IMG/VR virus record: IMGVR_UViG_3300047321_000238
Coordinates: 183,884 to 247,883 of that record
Strand: one strand, 5' to 3'
Length of the DNA stretch: 64,000 bases
In this document: piece after piece, positions 1 to 7,899 of the stretch
How positions within the stretch are numbered: the first letter of the stretch is position 1
Layout of the letters: the number at the start of each line of letters is the position of its first letter
Notes under the pieces: generated by a model
Database searches by the model: none
Told to the model about the DNA's origin: nothing
What the model saw: only the letters and a program-made list of their open reading frames with translations
Position numbers and translations under genes: made by a program

Positions 1-1
1 A

Positions 2-1189
2 GAATTCAATATTAAAGACTATGACATTGGAGACTTCTCAGGTGGAGTTAACGGTTCATCATCTTCTGGAGGTATATTTGGAGGTATGGGCTCTACAGTG
101 GTAAGAAATAAAATTGTAGAATATGCTAAAAATGCGGTTACTTTATGTGCAGAAGGGAAAGCTAAATATTCACAAGGTCAACGTATGTTACATGATGATA
201 AAGCTGTTAATGGTATTAGTTATTGGGATTGTTCTTCATTAGTTCAAGCAGCTTATGAAGCTGGAGGTATTACTGGAGTTACAGGAAATACATGTTCAGA
301 ATATCCGTCTTGTTTAGATACAAATGGTGGTTTACTTATCCCTATCGCGGAAGTAGATAAAGCTATACCTGGAGATATCGTATGGTTCTATTCAGGTAAC
401 AAACCAACCGATCAAGCAGGACTACAAACTATAGATTATAGTAATGCTAGTTTACTTCATCACGTTGCTATTTATATTGGAGACGGAAAGATTGCTCATG
501 CAAGTGGAGAGAATTCTACTCCTAATATTAAGATATCTGATTTATATAGTGAGGCAATAGCTTTTGGTAGACCAAAGGATTTAATTGAATTAGATAGAGC
601 TGCATCTACAGGAGCAAGTGGACCTGGTGTATGGAATAGAGAAGCTCAAGGAATAGATGATGAATTATGGAATGCATCATCAGTAGCTGATGAACAAGTA
701 CCTGCATTTATTGCTAATATGGCTAAGTACGGATATAAAGATGCTATTAATAATATAAGTAAAGAGTTTAATTTCGATCCTTATGTTATAGCAGCTATGG
801 CAACTATTGAAACTACAGGAAATCCTCATGAAGGTTCTACGTATAAAGGTATACTGCAAGTAGAAAATGGCTCTGAAGATCCAACAACTAATATAAGGCA
901 AGCTCTTGAAGGACTCATGGCAAGAAAACCTTACTTAGTACAAAATGGTTGGAGCGAAAATAATATTCACGTATTGGTATCTGCTCATAACTCTGGAGAA
1001 GGAACCGTAGGAGGAGCTAAAAAAGCTAGCAATTTAAATTTAGCATCTTGTAAAATACCAGAGATGGGAGAAGCTTTGTATAACTATGTAAAAGCAACTA
1101 CGTCTTGGGATCCTATGGAAAAGAAAACTTACACAACTAAAGTATTAAGAGCATATGCGTTACTTTATTCTCAAAACGCGTTAAGTTAA
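2..1189 (+). CDS. Virion-associated peptidoglycan hydrolase (NlpC/P60 peptidase plus lytic transglycosylase-like domain), 5'-truncated by the window edge
   Basis: Frame is open from position 2. NlpC/P60 motifs YWDCSSLV, PGDIVW, HHVAIY and IAHAS are present. SLT-like motifs AMATIETTGN, GILQV and SAHNSGEG follow. Confidence 0.85.
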   Translation, partial: EFNIKDYDIGDFSGGVNGSSSSGGIFGGMGSTVVRNKIVEYAKNAVTLCAEGKAKYSQGQRMLHDDKAVNGISYWDCSSLVQAAYEAGGITGVTGNTCSEYPSCLDTNGGLLIPIAEVDKAIPGDIVWFYSGNKPTDQAGLQTIDYSNASLLHHVAIYIGDGKIAHASGENSTPNIKISDLYSEAIAFGRPKDLIELDRAASTGASGPGVWNREAQGIDDELWNASSVADEQVPAFIANMAKYGYKDAINNISKEFNFDPYVIAAMATIETTGNPHEGSTYKGILQVENGSEDPTTNIRQALEGLMARKPYLVQNGWSENNIHVLVSAHNSGEGTVGGAKKASNLNLASCKIPEMGEALYNYVKATTSWDPMEKKTYTTKVLRAYALLYSQNALS

Positions 1190-1225
1190 GTTATTAGCTA
1201 TTAAAAATATAATCAAACAGGAGGT

Positions 1226-1537
1226 TTGCTTGTGGAAATTTTAAGTAGTATTAACTACGGCAGATGTTTGAATTATCATAATGTGCACGAAGAATGTGAT
1301 TTATGTTGCTGTGAGTGCACCAGCAGATGTGATAAGTGTTGTAAGATAATTAATCATTTGGATAATAGGCATGATTGTGGGAACTTCTATAACGTAGTTG
1401 ACTTCCATAATAAACTATTAAAGCAAACTCTTTTCATTAAAGAGGAAATGAAAAGACTCAATGATACTAAAAAGAGATTTGCACAAAGAGATTTAGGCAC
1501 AATACAAATCATAAAAAAGATAACAAAAGAAAGGTAG
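1226..1537 (+). CDS. Hypothetical Cys/His-rich protein, possibly metal-binding
   Basis: TTG start preceded by AGGAGG; contains ECDLCCCECTSRCDKCC; followed by a hairpin. Confidence 0.65.
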   Translation: MLVEILSSINYGRCLNYHNVHEECDLCCCECTSRCDKCCKIINHLDNRHDCGNFYNVVDFHNKLLKQTLFIKEEMKRLNDTKKRFAQRDLGTIQIIKKITKER

Positions 1538-1560
1538 TCGTTATGACTACCTCCTTTTTA
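1532..1560. terminator. Intrinsic terminator between convergent units
   Basis: AGGTAGTC-N5-GACTACCT stem followed by a T-rich tract, with an A-rich tract on the other side. Confidence 0.75.
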
Positions 1561-1578
1561 TTTTATTCTTTTCCCAAG

Positions 1579-1636
1579 TTGCTTACTTGCGAGTGCCACC
1601 GTATTTCTTTTTTTATTGCTTACTTACGAGTGCCAC
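1579..1636. repeat. Two 21-bp direct repeats (20/21 identical), 37-bp period
   Basis: TTGCTTACTTGCGAGTGCCAC at 1579-1599 and TTGCTTACTTACGAGTGCCAC at 1616-1636. Confidence 0.85.
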
Positions 1637-4600
1637 TATGAGATTGCTTCAAATGATTCCTCTGCTTCTTCTTCCATTATATCTATTTGTGGAAGTGTGT
1701 TAGTTTCTAGTACTGCGTTTGCTATTATCTTCCCGCTCGCGTCCTTCTTACCTTGGATAGTAATGTCTCTTATTACACTCATATCGAATGAACAACTTGT
1801 TTTCTTGTATAGGTTAGCAAATACTAATCCTTCAATTGATATTCCTTCATAACTGAAAGTTACAAATCCCATCATGTTTCCTTTCTTATCACACTTTTCC
1901 ATAACTTTTTCAAGTTTGAAAGTTTGTTGGAATGAATCATTTGTTTTGATTGTTTCCCACCATGGTTGATAAGTAATAGAAGTTCCAAGTACTTCAGTTT
2001 CTAATTCCATACATGCATTCTTATCATAAACTAAAGATACTAATCTTTCATCTTTATCTTTTCTAATATCCATTAGCTCATTCATAGTTTCATATCTATT
2101 AGTGTTATAGAAATCAAATGCTCCTGCTTTAATTAAACCAAACATAACTCTCTTGTTAGCATGTTTCTTATCCATTTTATCAAGAGTATCTTGAATACTT
2201 ACATAAGGTCTATTCTCTATTATATTGTTTATACTGTTTTCGCCTAACCCCTTTACTGATTTAAGTCCATAATATATTTCACCATTTACTTCAGTGAAAT
2301 CGTAGTCTGAATAATTCACATCGGGAGTGGTTATATTAATGTTGTAACCCTTAGCAGTTTTAGAATATAAATCTATTTTATCAGATTCACTTTGCATTGA
2401 AAGTAAAGCAGCAAAGAATTTAGCAGCGTGCTTTTTCTTCAAATACATTGTACATAAAGTAACTACGGCATAAGTCGCTGAATGAGATTTATTGAATAGG
2501 TATGAAGCGTATCCTTTAAGCTTATTCCAGAAATCTACTAGTTCCTCTTCAGTGTAACCATTGTTAATTCCCCCTACTACAGGTGAACCGTATTTACCCT
2601 TCGCATCGTATATGCATTGATCAGTATTCGTCTCATCATAATCTGCAGGAGGGTTACAATTTTTTTTACCATATATGAACAATCTCCTAGCAAGTTCCAT
2701 CTTATCAGCTTTCTTTTTAGCTAGTGCTTTACGAAGTATACTGTCAGCTTGAACATCGTCAAAGCCAGCTACTAGTTTAGAGATAAGCATACATTGTTCT
2801 TGGTATATAATTGTGTTATAGGTATCCTTAGTAATTTCTTCAGTCCCTCTAAGTTGTGGGATTGCTATTTCAAATCCGTTCTTTCTTTGAGCGTATTGAG
2901 TATGCATTCCTGCACTTAATGGACCTGGCCTACCTATAGCTAATATTGCACAGATATCATTAATGTCTGTTGGAATTATATCTGAAACTAAAGATTTAAA
3001 TAGATTACTTTCCATTTGGAATAATCCTTCTGTTTCTTTATTTTGTGTCATTTCAAATATCTCTTCATCATCTAAGTGATTTTCTATTTCTTTATATAAA
3101 TCATTCATTGTAGCATTTGAATCTACAGCCTTAATTGTTTTATCTAATACATCTAATGTTTTAAGTCCTAGTATATCAAGTTTGATTGCATTTAAGCTTT
3201 CTAATTGTGGACCTGTAAATAATGCAACTCTTATTCCATCAACAGTTCTTGTAGGGAAATAGTCTGTAACATCACATGGCATTACTAATATTCCTGATGC
3301 ATGAACTCCCATGTTTCTTGGAGTGCCTTCAAATCTTCTAGCTAATCTAAATAGTTCAGGATATCTATTTTCTATATCTTTAAATTTATTATACTTAGCT
3401 ATTAATTTATTGTAAGTAGCATCATCGCCTTCTGCTTTTGCTTCATTAGCACTTGTTTCTAATTTATCTAAGTCTTTAAACTTAATTGCTGGAGCATTGT
3501 CTGTTATATCATCAATATCTTTTGATATATTATTCATTATCATAAAGTCTACTCTAAGAACTCTACCGAAGTCTTTAAGTCCTGACTTAACTCCCATTAC
3601 TGTATAAGTTCCAATATGAGATACAGCAGCTTGACCATGAACTTCTTCTAGATGTTTTATAAGTTTATCTCTACCATAGTATGAGTAATCCATATCTACA
3701 TCTGGTGGATCAACTCTATCTTTAGTTAAGAATCTAAAGAATAATAAGTTATATTTAATTGGATCGATTATCTTAGTTGCACCATTAACGAATAGTGTAA
3801 GAGCTCCTGCCGCACTACCACGTCCTGGTCCTACTGGAATATCTTCTTGGTCACAGTATTCAACGTTCTCAAATATCTTTAATATATAAGGAGCAAATCC
3901 TTTAGAGTTTATGATATCTAATTCTTCATATAATCTTTTCTCATATTTGATTACATCTATTTCAGGATGTTCATTTTTATATTTATATAATCCTTTGTAT
4001 GATTTCAAAGTTAAGTATTGTTCAGTAGTTAATCCTTGAGGTACTTCTACTTTAGGGAATAAAGGTTTCTCTGAACCAATCTTTAAGCCATCTTCTATTC
4101 TACTTGCTATGACATTTGTATTAGATAAAGCATGCTTAATTATACTGTCCTTGATTTGATGTCTAGTTAAAGCACTTTCCATTTCATCATAACTTCTAAT
4201 CCAAAACTCTTCTTCGTAATGCATTCTGTCTTCATCGTCTTTAGACTTACCAATACCAACACATAATAAAGTATCATGGTCATCAGCATCTTCTCTTAGT
4301 GTGTAATGTACATCGTTAGTTGCAACTAATTCTATATCATGTTCTATAGATAATTCTATAAGTCTATGATTAACAAATTGTTGTTCAGCTACATTTAATG
4401 GTTGTATTTCTAAATAGAATCTATCTCCAAAGATACCTTTGTATTTTTCTATTAATGGATTTACTTGTTCTTCATGATGTCTTATACAATATGGTATCAT
4501 TCCACCTAAGCATGCAGATAAACATATAAGTCCTTCATTATACCTTTCAAGCATTTCAAAGTCACAACAGAATCTGCCATTGTAAGTGCATGTATCAGCC

Positions 4601-5091
4601 GCTTCTGATTGTAGTTTGATTAAGTTATTTAAACCTGTTTGGTTCATAGCTAATATTACAATATGGAATTGTTTAACTTGATATGTGTAATCAGAAATGA
4701 TTTCATTAATTTCTTTCTTAGTAATTTTCTTCTTACCAATCTTTTCAGGTATTTCAAGTCCAGTTGCTTCCGTATAATTTTTAATAGCTAACTCTCTTCT
4801 CTCATCAGCTGTTAATGATAATATACCAGTGTCCCAAGTTTGATACATTTCGCATCCGTATATAGGTTTGATTCCTTCTTCTTTACAAGCATCTTTAAAG
4901 TCTAACCAACCACCTATGTGATTATGGTCTGTAATTGCTATAGAAGTCATTCCTAGTTTTTTTGCTCTTTTAACTCCATCTATTATCTTGTTTCCTCCAT
5001 CTAGGAAACTATATGTTGTATGAACGTGTAAGTGTGTAAATTCTTCTTGTATTATTTCCATTGCATTTATCTCATCAAAAAAATTACTCAT
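1636..5091 (-). CDS. dnaE: DNA polymerase III alpha subunit (family C, DnaE type)
   Basis: PHP motifs HLHVHTTYSFLDG, AITDH and VATNDVHY; GPGRGSAAG; catalytic PPDVDMD; HASGI; KLDILGL; YLFNKSHS; C-terminal OB-like region. Confidence 0.97.
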   Translation of the reverse strand: MSNFFDEINAMEIIQEEFTHLHVHTTYSFLDGGNKIIDGVKRAKKLGMTSIAITDHNHIGGWLDFKDACKEEGIKPIYGCEMYQTWDTGILSLTADERRELAIKNYTEATGLEIPEKIGKKKITKKEINEIISDYTYQVKQFHIVILAMNQTGLNNLIKLQSEAADTCTYNGRFCCDFEMLERYNEGLICLSACLGGMIPYCIRHHEEQVNPLIEKYKGIFGDRFYLEIQPLNVAEQQFVNHRLIELSIEHDIELVATNDVHYTLREDADDHDTLLCVGIGKSKDDEDRMHYEEEFWIRSYDEMESALTRHQIKDSIIKHALSNTNVIASRIEDGLKIGSEKPLFPKVEVPQGLTTEQYLTLKSYKGLYKYKNEHPEIDVIKYEKRLYEELDIINSKGFAPYILKIFENVEYCDQEDIPVGPGRGSAAGALTLFVNGATKIIDPIKYNLLFFRFLTKDRVDPPDVDMDYSYYGRDKLIKHLEEVHGQAAVSHIGTYTVMGVKSGLKDFGRVLRVDFMIMNNISKDIDDITDNAPAIKFKDLDKLETSANEAKAEGDDATYNKLIAKYNKFKDIENRYPELFRLARRFEGTPRNMGVHASGILVMPCDVTDYFPTRTVDGIRVALFTGPQLESLNAIKLDILGLKTLDVLDKTIKAVDSNATMNDLYKEIENHLDDEEIFEMTQNKETEGLFQMESNLFKSLVSDIIPTDINDICAILAIGRPGPLSAGMHTQYAQRKNGFEIAIPQLRGTEEITKDTYNTIIYQEQCMLISKLVAGFDDVQADSILRKALAKKKADKMELARRLFIYGKKNCNPPADYDETNTDQCIYDAKGKYGSPVVGGINNGYTEEELVDFWNKLKGYASYLFNKSHSATYAVVTLCTMYLKKKHAAKFFAALLSMQSESDKIDLYSKTAKGYNINITTPDVNYSDYDFTEVNGEIYYGLKSVKGLGENSINNIIENRPYVSIQDTLDKMDKKHANKRVMFGLIKAGAFDFYNTNRYETMNELMDIRKDKDERLVSLVYDKNACMELETEVLGTSITYQPWWETIKTNDSFQQTFKLEKVMEKCDKKGNMMGFVTFSYEGISIEGLVFANLYKKTSCSFDMSVIRDITIQGKKDASGKIIANAVLETNTLPQIDIMEEEAEESFEAIS

Positions 5092-5250
5092 TTATTTATC
5101 CCCCTTATACTTTTCTATTACTAGTCTTAATCCCTCTTCTATTAAATCATTAGCACATATCTTTTTACTTTCATTCGATAATTGTAAAGCTAATATTTGA
5201 ATTGGTCTATATAAATCTCTTTCCAGAGTTGTATTTACTGCTACTCTCAT
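5092..5250 (-). CDS. Small ribbon-helix-helix DNA-binding protein (52 aa, not in ORF track)
   Basis: Translates as MRVAVNTTLERDLYRPIQILALQLSNESKKICANDLIEEGLRLVIEKYKGDK; AGGAG RBS; stop abuts the dnaE start; strand-helix-helix pattern. Confidence 0.7.
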   Translation of the reverse strand: MRVAVNTTLERDLYRPIQILALQLSNESKKICANDLIEEGLRLVIEKYKGDK

Positions 5251-5262
5251 TTTAATCGTCTC

Positions 5263-5652
5263 CTATTCTGTTGGTGTCCATTCAGCTGTGTATTCTTCAT
5301 CAAAAATAATTCTACTTACTCTAGCTCCCCTATATGCAGGAACTCTTTGATCAGGATATATTGCTCCTTCACCTATTTCATATGCATTTACATCATCATT
5401 ATAACGTCCATTAATATTTGTAACATGAGTATAAGTTTCATTAATCATTAATATGTTTTGCATCTTAATTTGAGTCTCTGCACAATCAGTAATAAATTTA
5501 AAAACTTCTCTAGGTACAAATTCATTTGTTAATGGATTAACTTTTAATATATTATATGCACCTGCATAATCTTCTTTTGTATCTCCGTTATATATTAAAT
5601 TTAACGCTTCATATATATCTTGTATTTGTTGAGTATATTTAAGTAGTTCCAC
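5263..5652 (-). CDS. Hypothetical protein
   Basis: GTG start with GAGGTG RBS, directly downstream of a sigma-A-type promoter. Confidence 0.75.
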   Translation of the reverse strand: MELLKYTQQIQDIYEALNLIYNGDTKEDYAGAYNILKVNPLTNEFVPREVFKFITDCAETQIKMQNILMINETYTHVTNINGRYNDDVNAYEIGEGAIYPDQRVPAYRGARVSRIIFDEEYTAEWTPTE

Positions 5653-5673
5653 TATTAACCACCTCTTGAATAT

Positions 5674-5702
5674 ATTGTATCATGTAGTTACCTACATGTC
5701 AA
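5674..5702 (-). promoter_or_regulatory. Sigma-A-type promoter with an inverted-repeat operator in the spacer
   Basis: Minus strand TTGACA-17 bp-TACAAT; CATGTAG-N4-CTACATG at 5681-5698. Confidence 0.75.
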
Positions 5703-5712
5703 CATGAAAAAT

Positions 5713-5742
5713 GTTAATAAGGGAAATATTTGTAGTAATATA
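5713..5742 (+). promoter_or_regulatory. Putative phage late promoter for the holin
   Basis: GTTAATA-N15-GTAATATA, a motif that recurs upstream of structural genes. Confidence 0.6.
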
Positions 5743-5772
5743 TATCGAATAAATTAAGATGGAGGTTTTATT

Positions 5773-6060
5773 ATGGATTATACTAATTTAGTTAAATTCG
5801 TCCCAGAACAACTATTAATTCTTGTAGCTGCATTAGGTGTGGTTGGGTACTTTGTAAAGAGTACTAACAAAATTCAAGATGCTTATATACCATTTATTTT
5901 AATGGTGTTAGGTGTTGCAGGTTCTTTGTTAATGATGGGGCTTAATGTTACTTCTGTATTACAAGGTATCATTTCTGCCGCAGTTGCCGTTCTTGGTAAT
6001 AATATTGTTAAACAAGGTTCTGAAATATTAGGCACTACAGATACAACAGATGTAAAATAG
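5773..6060 (+). CDS. Phage holin
   Basis: 95 aa with three hydrophobic segments; KIQDAYIPFIL and LQGIISAAVAV patterns typical of Firmicutes phage holins; GGAGG RBS. Confidence 0.85.
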   Translation: MDYTNLVKFVPEQLLILVAALGVVGYFVKSTNKIQDAYIPFILMVLGVAGSLLMMGLNVTSVLQGIISAAVAVLGNNIVKQGSEILGTTDTTDVK

Positions 6061-6066
6061 TTGCAC

Positions 6067-6097
6067 AAAAAGAAGAAGCCGTAATGGCTTCTTTTTC
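6067..6097. terminator. Bidirectional intrinsic terminator
   Basis: AGAAGCC-N5-GGCTTCT stem flanked by A and T tracts between convergent genes. Confidence 0.8.
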
Positions 6098-7020
6098 TAT
6101 TCTACATTACTTTTTGTACGTTGCATCATTGCGTTCTGAATGTTCGCACAGATCAACGTGTTCTCTAATAAACTACACAATGCTAAGTTTACATATTCCC
6201 AAACAGGTAGAACTTTTAAATAAGTTAAATAGTCAAATTTATATTTGTAATCTAGATTGTTATATTGAAGATTTCCATTAATTTTATTTGCACGGTTTTT
6301 ATGAATATCAAGGTCAAAGATATAAGTGGACTTGTTATTTATGCCGTGTATAATTCTTTGTTCTATGTGGTAGTTAACATCGTCTAATAAATCGTATCCT
6401 ATAGAGTTAGCTTTCTTATTAGCTATTAATATAATATTTGAATCATAAAATAAAGATGATAAGTTATGAGTATTATTATTTGCAATTATAATAGTAGACT
6501 TTTCTCTTCTTAATATTTCAGTTAAGTATTTTATATAGTGATTATTATTATCGTCTGTTACTATTAAGACCTTGCTCTTATCTAATGGCACTTTCTCGTA
6601 ACGAAGTAAAGATAAGATACCTTTTGCTATGCACGGTTGTGTAATATCTTCTCTAGTCATTAAAGATCCTACATTAGGAATAGATAAACAATCTACATCT
6701 TTAAAAGGTACAATATTATTCGCAAGGTTTTCATTGGGTGTTTCAAGGATAATGCCGTGAACATTAAAGTCATTATTATACTTATCAATGACTTGTATGG
6801 CCTTCTCCTTATTGTTACTGAACACGTCAACAACATCAAGTTTAATATTGCAATATTCACAATATTGTTTTAACACATCCATATAGTATTTATACTTTGA
6901 ACTTCTAGTTGTTCTTATTATAACTAAAGAGGGGTATACTCTTTGCATTCTTAGCAGACTAGTTCTTATCCTTGCATTCTTTAAAATGTTTTCTATTATT
7001 ATTTTAGTATCAATAATCAT
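6097..7020 (-). CDS. FolD-like (methylene-THF dehydrogenase/cyclohydrolase fold) protein with degenerate catalytic and cofactor motifs
   Basis: FolD landmarks YNNDFNVHGII, PFKDVD, PCIAKGILSLL, IFDLD and LLENT; 307 aa, close to full FolD length. Confidence 0.8.
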   Translation of the reverse strand: MIIDTKIIIENILKNARIRTSLLRMQRVYPSLVIIRTTRSSKYKYYMDVLKQYCEYCNIKLDVVDVFSNNKEKAIQVIDKYNNDFNVHGIILETPNENLANNIVPFKDVDCLSIPNVGSLMTREDITQPCIAKGILSLLRYEKVPLDKSKVLIVTDDNNNHYIKYLTEILRREKSTIIIANNNTHNLSSLFYDSNIILIANKKANSIGYDLLDDVNYHIEQRIIHGINNKSTYIFDLDIHKNRANKINGNLQYNNLDYKYKFDYLTYLKVLPVWEYVNLALCSLLENTLICANIQNAMMQRTKSNVE

Positions 7021-7121
7021 ATTTAATTTGCCTCCCTATTCTAATTTGTCGTTTTAGTATTCATTAATAGCTATTAATTTATTCATTATTACAACAATTA
7101 AAACAAGGAAAACTATGCCAG

Positions 7122-7496
7122 TTAATCTAGATATTCCACTTTGAGATCTGCTGATATTAAACTTAATGAATACACCATTTCATCGTCATTGTTTAATCTT
7201 ACTTCTTTACGCATTACGTAAGGACAATATAAGTGTATTGTAACTTGTCCATCTGGTGAACATATTATTAGACTTTGTCCTTCTTTTAAATGAGCAATGT
7301 TTTGATCTTTAGTTATTAAATCAACTACACAGTTTTTTCTTCCTACAGAATGAAAGTCTGGACCTTGACTGGATCCCATAGTGAATACAGGAGCAGTCTC
7401 TCTTGTGATTTGATAACTAACAGAGTCTGCTGTAATTGTTATTTCTGTTGCATTTTCTAATTTATTTATTTGTTGTACATAACTTAATAATTCCAT
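7122..7496 (-). CDS. Hypothetical protein, possibly a diverged tail-tube-like structural paralog
   Basis: SVSYQITRETAPVFTMGS resembles a motif recalled from large Firmicutes phage structural proteins (unverified). Confidence 0.45.
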   Translation of the reverse strand: MELLSYVQQINKLENATEITITADSVSYQITRETAPVFTMGSSQGPDFHSVGRKNCVVDLITKDQNIAHLKEGQSLIICSPDGQVTIHLYCPYVMRKEVRLNNDDEMVYSLSLISADLKVEYLD

Positions 7497-7849
7497 TATA
7501 TTATCTCCTCAGTTGTAAAAGATGCAGTTATATTTATACTTCCCCTGTCTGTAATGATTATTGGTACTTGTATTTTATCTATGGAAGATGTGACTATATC
7601 TATAGTTTTGTTACCATTAGTAAATGTACAATTCTTTATGTTGTCTCCAAACATGCCTATTCCATCTATGTGTAACTGCAATATACATATCATTCTATTC
7701 CCATGTTCGTTTATAGCCTCTACATTTATGAAAGTGTTTATTGGTGATCCATTGTAAATAAAATCGTTATTTTCAAATTCTATATCTATAGCTGTTGGAT
7801 AGCTATTAATTAAATATATTTCAGTATTTATATGTTTTAATAATTCCAT
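7496..7849 (-). CDS. Hypothetical protein
   Basis: AAGGAGG RBS places the start at MELLKHINTE rather than the longer ORF-track start. Confidence 0.7.
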   Translation of the reverse strand: MELLKHINTEIYLINSYPTAIDIEFENNDFIYNGSPINTFINVEAINEHGNRMICILQLHIDGIGMFGDNIKNCTFTNGNKTIDIVTSSIDKIQVPIIITDRGSINITASFTTEEII

Positions 7850-7899
7850 AATTTCCTCCTTAATAAGCATGCTTTTTTGTAAAAGAATAGACACTAGAC

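Noticed and set aside
1579-1636. Mini CRISPR array or CIRCE operator
   Set aside because: Only two repeats with a 16-bp spacer and no cas genes; only one CIRCE-like half-site per repeat
1636-5091. Intein or intron in dnaE
   Set aside because: Single uninterrupted ORF of normal length; only short insertions, with no intein splice motifs recognised
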